Shown in pieces: positions 57,293 through 64,000 of a stretch of DNA of 64,000 nt (its first letter is position 1; every line of letters begins with the position of its first letter). This stretch comes from a virus (taxonomy: Duplodnaviria > Caudoviricetes), in IMG/VR virus record IMGVR_UViG_3300026077_000001. The stretch is one strand, 5' to 3'. A program made the translations under genes and the position numbers. The notes beneath the pieces are model-generated. The model had not been told where the DNA came from, did not search any database, and was given only the letters and a program-made list of their open reading frames with translations.

Positions 57293-57797
57293 CTTTAGAG
57301 TAACGGAGATTAATCGTGTTGTTGACGGCGATACTATTGATGTCACCATTGATCTTGGGTTTGACTTATACAAGAAAGAAAGAGTTAGAGTTGCAGGAAT
57401 TGATACGCCAGAAAAAAGAACAAGAGACTTGGAAGAGAAGGCACTGGGAATAGATGCAACTAATTGGCTCAAAGGAACGTTAGAGGATACTATTAATGGA
57501 GATGATGAACTTACTATACGAACCGAACTTAAAGGTGGTATGGGTAAGTACGGTAGGCTTCTTGGCTGGTTATATGTTGGCGAAGACGATGTATCATTGA
57601 ATGAACAGATGATCGAAGAAGGTTATGCTTGGGAGTATGATGGTGGTACAAAGAATAAGAACTTCGAAGAATTAAGAGAGATACGTAAAAAATTAGGTAC
57701 ACTCGTTGAAGAACCGACAGAAGGTGATCCACTTCCTGAAGTTGGTGATGGATTTGTGGGTGGTACAGGTACATCTAACATTGCAGGTCCATTCTAA
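57252..57797 (+). CDS. SNase/thermonuclease-like nuclease
   Basis: RVVDGDTIDV, RVRVAGIDTPE, GKYGRLLG and LNEQMIEEGYA motifs. Confidence 0.85.
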   Translation: MGKMTPPSRKSCYNFRVTEINRVVDGDTIDVTIDLGFDLYKKERVRVAGIDTPEKRTRDLEEKALGIDATNWLKGTLEDTINGDDELTIRTELKGGMGKYGRLLGWLYVGEDDVSLNEQMIEEGYAWEYDGGTKNKNFEELREIRKKLGTLVEEPTEGDPLPEVGDGFVGGTGTSNIAGPF

Positions 57798-57800
57798 TTT

Positions 57801-59450
57801 ATGGCAGAGAACCAGATATATCTTGGTAACCCGAATCTAAAGAAAGCAAACGTTGCCACAAACTTCACACCTAAACAGGTGAAGGAGTTTATTAAGTGCA
57901 GCAAAGATCCAATCTACTTTATTAAGAAGTATATTAAGATCGTTTCTTTGGATGAGGGTGTTATCCCATTTAACCTCTATGATTTCCAAGAGGATATGGT
58001 GAATCGTTTTCATACCAAACGATTCAATATTGCTAAGCTTCCAAGACAGTCTGGTAAATCAACGGTTGTAACATCGTATCTACTTTGGTATGTAATTTTT
58101 AATCCTAATGTCAACGTCGCAATCCTCGCAAACAAAGCAGCCACTGCAAGAGAAATGTTGGGTCGCCTACAACTTTCTTATGAGAATCTTCCTAAATGGA
58201 TGCAGCAAGGTATTATTGGCTGGAACAAAGGGTCAGTGGAATTGGAGAACGGAAGCCGTCTCTTGGCTGCAAGTACTAGTGCTAGTGCTGTTAGGGGTAT
58301 GTCCTTTAACGTTATATTTTTGGACGAATTCGCATTCGTTCCGAATAATATTGCAGAGCAGTTTTTTAGTTCTGTGTATCCTACTATATCTTCTGGTAAG
58401 TCCACAAAGGTTATTATCATTTCTACCCCTCACGGGATGAATATGTTCTATAAACTCTGGCACGATGCAGAGCGTGGTACAAATGAATACACACATACTG
58501 AGGTACATTGGTCTCAGGTTCCAGGCAGAGATGCTGAATGGAAAGAACAAACCATACGTAATACATCAGAGCAACAGTTCAGAGTTGAGTTCGAATGTGA
58601 ATTCCTAGGATCTGTTGACACATTAATATCAGCATCTAAACTAAGAGCATTAGCTTATGATGATCCTATAACCAGTAGTAAAGGACTTGACGTTTATGAA
58701 GACCCTATCCCTGAACATAATTACACAATTACGGTTGATGTGGCACGAGGTATCGATGGAGATTATAGTGCTTTCACTGTATTTGATACTACTACAATTC
58801 CTTATAAATTAGTTGCCAAATATAGAAACAATACAATTAAACCCCTTATCTTCCCAGATATTATTGTTGAAGTTGCTAAGGGATATAATGAAGCTTACAT
58901 ATTAATTGAAGTTAATGACGTTGGTGCACAGGTAGCAGACATCGTTCAGTACGATTTAGAATATGAAAATTTATTGATGTGTGCTATGAGAGGACGTGCT
59001 GGTCAGGTAGTAGGTCAAGGGTTCTCAGGTGGTAAGGTACAACTTGGTGTTAAAATGAGTTCTACCGTGAAGAAGGTAGGGTGTTCTAACCTTAAAGGAT
59101 TAGTAGAAGACGATAAAATACTTATTAATGATTACGATACTATCGCTGAACTAACCACCTTCATTCAAAAGGGTCAATCTTGGCAAGCAGAAGAAGGGTG
59201 TCACGATGACATAGCAATGTGTTTGGTTATGTTTGCGTGGTTATCTGTACAAGATTATTTTAAAGAACTTCACGACAATGATGTTCGTAAGAGAATGTAT
59301 GAAGAACAGAGAGAAGCAATAGATGCTGATATGGCTCCATTTGGTTTTATTAGTGACGGTATGGATGATGAATCATTTGTGGATGGAGAAGGAGATCGTT
59401 GGCACGTAGATGAATATGGGGATAGAGCATTTATGTGGGAGTACCGTTGA
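57801..59450 (+). CDS. gp17: Terminase large subunit gp17
   Basis: Walker A LPRQSGKST, Walker B VIFLDEFAF, IISTPHG, nuclease DVARG and HDDIAM motifs. Confidence 0.96.
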   Translation: MAENQIYLGNPNLKKANVATNFTPKQVKEFIKCSKDPIYFIKKYIKIVSLDEGVIPFNLYDFQEDMVNRFHTKRFNIAKLPRQSGKSTVVTSYLLWYVIFNPNVNVAILANKAATAREMLGRLQLSYENLPKWMQQGIIGWNKGSVELENGSRLLAASTSASAVRGMSFNVIFLDEFAFVPNNIAEQFFSSVYPTISSGKSTKVIIISTPHGMNMFYKLWHDAERGTNEYTHTEVHWSQVPGRDAEWKEQTIRNTSEQQFRVEFECEFLGSVDTLISASKLRALAYDDPITSSKGLDVYEDPIPEHNYTITVDVARGIDGDYSAFTVFDTTTIPYKLVAKYRNNTIKPLIFPDIIVEVAKGYNEAYILIEVNDVGAQVADIVQYDLEYENLLMCAMRGRAGQVVGQGFSGGKVQLGVKMSSTVKKVGCSNLKGLVEDDKILINDYDTIAELTTFIQKGQSWQAEEGCHDDIAMCLVMFAWLSVQDYFKELHDNDVRKRMYEEQREAIDADMAPFGFISDGMDDESFVDGEGDRWHVDEYGDRAFMWEYR

Positions 59451-59463
59451 AACAGAGGGAATC

Positions 59464-59470
59464 ATAAATA
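59464..59470 (+). promoter_or_regulatory. Late promoter motif (ATAAATA)
   Basis: Intergenic; followed by a GGAG RBS and gp18. Confidence 0.7.
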
Positions 59471-59513
59471 ATTTCAAGACTAATTGATAGAATTTTTCAA
59501 GGAGATTTAAACA

Positions 59514-62294
59514 ATGGCATCCACCCAACTTTCGCCAGGGGTTGTTGTACTTGAAAAGGATCTCACTACAGTGGCTAACGCCACACTTGATAATGTTGCG
59601 GTGGTAGTAGGTTCCTTTGAAAAAGGTCCAGTAAATAAGATAGTAGATATAACTTCTGAGAAGGAGTTGCTATCTGTATTTGGTAGACCTAACGATTACA
59701 ACTACGAGTACTGGTACAACGCTGCTCAGTTCCTATTGTACGGCGGTACATTAAAAGTTATTCGTGCGAACTCAACCTCGCTTAAGAACGGAATTGATAC
59801 TGCTCAGACTACATCTTCAACCTTCAGTGCTAGTGATACTACACTGACTGTTTCAAGTGCAGCTGATATAGCAGTTGATGATTACCTCTTAATTGACGCT
59901 GAGATTGTTAAGGTAACAGTGATTTCTTCACTAGACCTAACAGTACAACGTGGACAGCTATCAACTTCTGCAGTTAGTCACGCTGCTTCTTCCTCAATTA
60001 CATTGATTGAAGATGCTGGCACTTCTACCACAATGAACCAAGGAGGAACCTTGGCTGCTGGTGGAACAACTCTAACCGTTACATCTGTTGCTTCACTTGG
60101 TGTTAGTACAAACGATTACATCAAGATCGCTGATGAAATTCTAAGAATTTCTGGAATTTCTGGAAACGACTTGACTGTTGCTCGTGGTGCACTAGAGACC
60201 ACTGCTGCATCTCAAACAGATGGACAGACAGTTACTAGATTAGCAGTAACTGCTGCTAAGACCACAATCAACGAGACAACTTCTACAGGTGTTACCGTAC
60301 CTATCATACGTAACCTTGAAGAGTACGAAGCAAACGTTGAGTCTGGTTCTAACGCTTGGAAGTGGGGTTCTAGACATCCAGGTACATACGGTAATTCACT
60401 CCGTGTTGTTACTACTGATGCTGGTCCTGATCAAATTCTTTCTCTTGCTCAACCAACTAGTGCTGAGTGGGAATTCCAAACAACTGATGCGGTAGCATAC
60501 AGTGCAGCAAATGCAACTGCTAAGATCTATCGTTACACAGTCGTAGCAACTCTTGATGCTCCTTCAATTTCTGGTGATTTTAATACTGGAGAATTTTGGA
60601 GAGCAGAGACTGATGCAGCATCACCTGTAGGTATTGCAGTACAAGGTACTGTAACTGCATATGATCCTATCACTCGCAAGATTGAACTTGCTGTCAATTA
60701 CTCTCTATCATCTGACGTTCTTGAAGTCGGTGATGTTATTGCTCTTTGGACTGCTGCTTCTGGTGGATCTAAGACTGGAGACAAGGCAAAGGTAAGTGTC
60801 ATCAACCGTCAGCTACACATTATTAAAGATTCAAACGCTAATAGATTCGAACCAAACTACACCATCGAAGATGACAATGGTGGTGGTTCACCAAATATAA
60901 CTGTTGCTGCTGTACGCTCTGAGTATGATGAGCGTTATTTCGGTGGTAGTCAGAAATGGAACGCAGTTGCTCCACGTCCTACAACCTCACCTTGGGTTGC
61001 TGATCGTGGTGGTGCTGATGACCAAATGCATATCATCATCCTCGATGGAGATGGAAAACTAACTGGTACTCCTGGATCTGTTCTTGAGAAGTTCCTCTTT
61101 GTATCTAAAGCATCTGATGCTAAAGGTGTTCAAGGAGAGACAATCTACTATAAGGATGTCATTAAGAACAATTCACAGTACATATACTGGGGATCACACG
61201 AGACCTCAGAGTTGTATGATGTAAATGGATCTGCTAACGGAGATTGGGGACAATCAGGTATTGGTACCCAGTTCGATTTGATTAAGCAACAATTACCAAT
61301 CAAAACGAATGAAACATCTCTAGGTAGAGAAATCATCGGTACAACAAATGGTTCAACTGTCAAGCACACCATACAAGGTGGTGTTGATGGTTATACCTTA
61401 GCACGTGGAGAGATCCTAGCTGCATTTGACCTTGTTGCTGACAAAGAAACTATTGATGTTGACTACATCCTAATGGGTCCATCATTGGCAGACACCAGCG
61501 ACACTGTTGCAAAAGCACAAAAGATCATTGACATCGCTGCTACACGTAAAGATTGTATGGCATTTATCTCTCCATCACGTGCAGATGTGATTGGACAGAG
61601 CGATACCAACGTCATAGTAAATCGTACGATTGATTTCTTCGATCAGTTATCTTCTACTTCTTACGCTGTATTTGATAACAACTACAAGTACATCTATGAC
61701 AAGTACAACGACAAGTATCGTTATATTGCTTGTAACGCTGACCTTGCAGGACTAACATTAAGCACAACTCTGAATTCAGAAGCTTGGTTCTCACCTGCAG
61801 GATTCAATAGAGGTCAGTTAAGGAACGCAATTAAATTAGCATATTCTCCTCTAAAAGATCATAGAGATCGCTTGTATGCTGCACGTATTAACCCAGTAGT
61901 AGCATTCCCTGGTGAGGGTATCGTACTATTCGGTGATAAGACTGCACTATCTTACCAGTCTGCATTCGACAGAATTAACGTTCGTCGTTTGTTCTTGGTA
62001 CTAGAAGATGCTATCTCAGAAGCAGCTAAGACACAACTATTCGAATTGAATGACGAGTTCACTCGTGCTTCATTCAAGAATATTGTGGAACCATTCCTAC
62101 GTAGTGTTCAGTCACGTCGTGGTGTAGTGGACTTCCTAGTTGTTTGCGACAGCAGCAACAACCCACCCGAAGCAATTGATCGTGGGGAATTCTTTGCGGA
62201 GATATTCGTGAAGCCTACGAGGTCGATCAATTACATCACACTTACCTTCACTGCTACTAGAACTGGTTCTAGTTTCGCTGAAGTAACTAGCTGA
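59514..62294 (+). CDS. gp18: Tail sheath protein gp18 (926 aa, with insertions)
   Basis: LSPGVVVLEKD; C-terminal WFSPAGFNRG, RDRLYAARINPVVAFPGEG, RINVRRLF, KPTRSINYITLTF. Confidence 0.95.
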   Translation: MASTQLSPGVVVLEKDLTTVANATLDNVAVVVGSFEKGPVNKIVDITSEKELLSVFGRPNDYNYEYWYNAAQFLLYGGTLKVIRANSTSLKNGIDTAQTTSSTFSASDTTLTVSSAADIAVDDYLLIDAEIVKVTVISSLDLTVQRGQLSTSAVSHAASSSITLIEDAGTSTTMNQGGTLAAGGTTLTVTSVASLGVSTNDYIKIADEILRISGISGNDLTVARGALETTAASQTDGQTVTRLAVTAAKTTINETTSTGVTVPIIRNLEEYEANVESGSNAWKWGSRHPGTYGNSLRVVTTDAGPDQILSLAQPTSAEWEFQTTDAVAYSAANATAKIYRYTVVATLDAPSISGDFNTGEFWRAETDAASPVGIAVQGTVTAYDPITRKIELAVNYSLSSDVLEVGDVIALWTAASGGSKTGDKAKVSVINRQLHIIKDSNANRFEPNYTIEDDNGGGSPNITVAAVRSEYDERYFGGSQKWNAVAPRPTTSPWVADRGGADDQMHIIILDGDGKLTGTPGSVLEKFLFVSKASDAKGVQGETIYYKDVIKNNSQYIYWGSHETSELYDVNGSANGDWGQSGIGTQFDLIKQQLPIKTNETSLGREIIGTTNGSTVKHTIQGGVDGYTLARGEILAAFDLVADKETIDVDYILMGPSLADTSDTVAKAQKIIDIAATRKDCMAFISPSRADVIGQSDTNVIVNRTIDFFDQLSSTSYAVFDNNYKYIYDKYNDKYRYIACNADLAGLTLSTTLNSEAWFSPAGFNRGQLRNAIKLAYSPLKDHRDRLYAARINPVVAFPGEGIVLFGDKTALSYQSAFDRINVRRLFLVLEDAISEAAKTQLFELNDEFTRASFKNIVEPFLRSVQSRRGVVDFLVVCDSSNNPPEAIDRGEFFAEIFVKPTRSINYITLTFTATRTGSSFAEVTS

Positions 62295-62325
62295 TTTCAA
62301 GAGAACTAATTAAGGAGACACACAA

Positions 62326-62997
62326 ATGGCAGAATCACAACCAGGACAGGTAGAACAATCGGCGGTCAGAGCCCCGATTTTCTCCTTCCGTGACCAAGTA
62401 AGGGACTTTGCTCGTCCCAATCTGTTCCAATGTGAGATCTATGCACCTCCTGTCCTACAGGATGGAGTAACACCACAGTCAGGTGGTGTATCAGGATCAT
62501 CATCAGAAGGAGTAGAGAACGCAGCAGGAGGATCACAACTCAATGCATCAGAAGCATCTGCTTTTGGTACCTTCCTTGTGAAGGCAGCAAACATTCCAGC
62601 ATCTACTGTTGGAGTTGTTGAGGTTCCCTATCGTGGACGTATGCTTAAGATTGCTGGAGACCGTAACTTTGAACCTTGGACTGTAACCGTACTTAACGAC
62701 CAGTCATTTAAGTTCAGAGCATTCTTCGAATCTTGGTCAACAAACATCCAAGCATTGCAACAGAATTTCCAGAACTCTAACACCATCGCTGATTATCAGG
62801 CAATGGCAAAGGTTAGACAGATGGATAGAAAAGGAAAGATCATTCGTACCTATAGGTTCGAAGGTATTTGGCCATCTAATATCAGTGCTATTGATTTAGA
62901 TTGGGGTAACAATGACACACCAGAAGAGTATACTGTAGAGTTCCAAGTTCAGTACTGGACATACGATACAGACATCAACACTGGTAACGCTGGATAA
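62326..62997 (+). CDS. gp19: Tail tube protein gp19
   Basis: ARPNLF, AANIPAST.G.VEVPYRGR.LKIAGDR.FEPWTVTV.ND, EYTVEFQVQYW. Confidence 0.95.
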   Translation: MAESQPGQVEQSAVRAPIFSFRDQVRDFARPNLFQCEIYAPPVLQDGVTPQSGGVSGSSSEGVENAAGGSQLNASEASAFGTFLVKAANIPASTVGVVEVPYRGRMLKIAGDRNFEPWTVTVLNDQSFKFRAFFESWSTNIQALQQNFQNSNTIADYQAMAKVRQMDRKGKIIRTYRFEGIWPSNISAIDLDWGNNDTPEEYTVEFQVQYWTYDTDINTGNAG

Positions 62998-63013
62998 GCG
63001 GTTCACAACCCTG

Positions 63014-63020
63014 CTAAATA
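63014..63020 (+). promoter_or_regulatory. Late promoter motif (CTAAATA)
   Basis: Intergenic, 24 nt before the gp20 ATG. Confidence 0.65.
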
Positions 63021-63043
63021 GTAGGTCAGACAAAACGAGATAG

Positions 63044-64000
63044 ATGTCACAACTTTTTGGTTATTCTCTTGAACGAGCGAAGAAGGGTCAGGCTACTGGC
63101 CCTTCTTTCGTGCGTAAAGAGTCAGATGATGCGGCTACACCAGTCGCAGGTGGAGGGTACTTTGGTACCGCCATTGATCTTGATGGAACATTTAAAGATG
63201 AGAATGATCTCATCCGTCGTTATCGCTCTATGTCAATTCATCCTGAATGTGACAGAGCAATCGATGATGTGGTCAATGAAGCAATTGCAGGTGATGTAGA
63301 TGATACACCTGTAGAAGTAGAACTAAGTAATTTAAAAGTCGGTGCTGGAATTAAGAAGCAAATCAGAGAAGAGTTTGTAAACTGTCTGAGACTTCTTGAT
63401 TTTGACAAGATGGCATATGATATTTTTAGACGTTGGTATATTGATGGGAAGTTATACTATCATAAAGTAATTGATGTTAAGAATCCCCGTGGTGGAATCA
63501 CGGAACTTAGGTATGTGGATCCTCGTAAGATTCGCAAAGTCGTGGAGATGGAGAACAAGAAGGATAAACAACATCTTGATCCACGTACACTAGAAGCTAA
63601 CTTAGCTCCTAAGACTGCAGAGTACTACGTGTACAATCCCAAGGGGATGCGTGCAGGTATGGAGACTTCTGGTATGAAGATTGCACCTGATGCAATTTCT
63701 TTCTGCCACAGTGGTTTGAAAGATATGAATAAGAATGTGATTATGTCACATTTGCACAAGGCAATTAAAGCACTTAACCAGCTGAGGATGATTGAAGACT
63801 CGCTGGTTATCTATCGTTTGAGCCGTGCACCAGAACGTCGTATTTTCTACATTGATGTAGGAAATCTTCCAAAGCAAAAAGCAGAACAGTACCTCCGTGA
63901 GGTAATGTCTCGCTATAGAAACAAGTTAGTATACAACGCAGATACAGGAGAAATAAGAGATGACAGAAAATTTATGTCAATGCTCGAAGACTTCTGGTTA
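63044..64000 (+). CDS. gp20: Portal protein gp20, 3'-truncated (not in ORF track)
   Basis: Hand translation MSQLFGYSLE...LIRRYRSMSIHPECDRAIDDVVNEAI; contains IYRLSRAPERRIFYIDVGNLPK and ends MLEDFWL at the window edge. Confidence 0.95.
   Translation, partial: MSQLFGYSLERAKKGQATGPSFVRKESDDAATPVAGGGYFGTAIDLDGTFKDENDLIRRYRSMSIHPECDRAIDDVVNEAIAGDVDDTPVEVELSNLKVGAGIKKQIREEFVNCLRLLDFDKMAYDIFRRWYIDGKLYYHKVIDVKNPRGGITELRYVDPRKIRKVVEMENKKDKQHLDPRTLEANLAPKTAEYYVYNPKGMRAGMETSGMKIAPDAISFCHSGLKDMNKNVIMSHLHKAIKALNQLRMIEDSLVIYRLSRAPERRIFYIDVGNLPKQKAEQYLREVMSRYRNKLVYNADTGEIRDDRKFMSMLEDFWL

Noticed and set aside
57801-64000. Intein, intron or homing endonuclease in gp17, gp18 or gp20
   Set aside because: gp17 is of normal length with contiguous motifs; no LAGLIDADG, HNH, GIY-YIG or intein splice motifs were seen.
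1-64000. tRNA, rRNA, integrase/transposase or photosynthesis auxiliary genes
   Set aside because: Intergenic gaps are too short or lack cloverleaf features, and no such protein motifs were recognised.

Overview
This is the virion-structural region of a T4-like marine cyanomyophage (Kyanoviridae-type; AT-rich; host probably Prochlorococcus or Synechococcus, inferred). Nearly all genes are on the + strand, in T4-like order: a 5'-truncated Cys-rich structural protein, PAAR (gp5.4-like), gp25, gp6, a 25.8-kb gp7-position giant gene (8596 aa), a YHYH/cupredoxin-like/Ig protein, a gp9/10-type protein, a GxGY-repeat protein, gp8, DUF4815/VrlC-like protein, a long fiber in the wac slot, gp13-gp16, a 3.6-kb island of small ORFs, gp17-gp19 and a 3'-truncated gp20. 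TAAATA late-promoter motifs precede many genes. The most notable observations are: (1) about 21 C-x2-D-x5-H-x-YPR modules in the giant protein, inserted into one another like nested parentheses; (2) two NtcA-type palindromes upstream of the only credible minus-strand gene, a 4-Cys microprotein; (3) amicyanin-spaced C-x2-H-x2-M motifs in two adjacent baseplate-region proteins; (4) apparent absence of CATG, CCGG, GCGC and CGCG while GATC is abundant; (5) a T4 capsid-targeting-like motif in a basic island protein. All family assignments come from motif recognition and synteny by eye; no database search was run.
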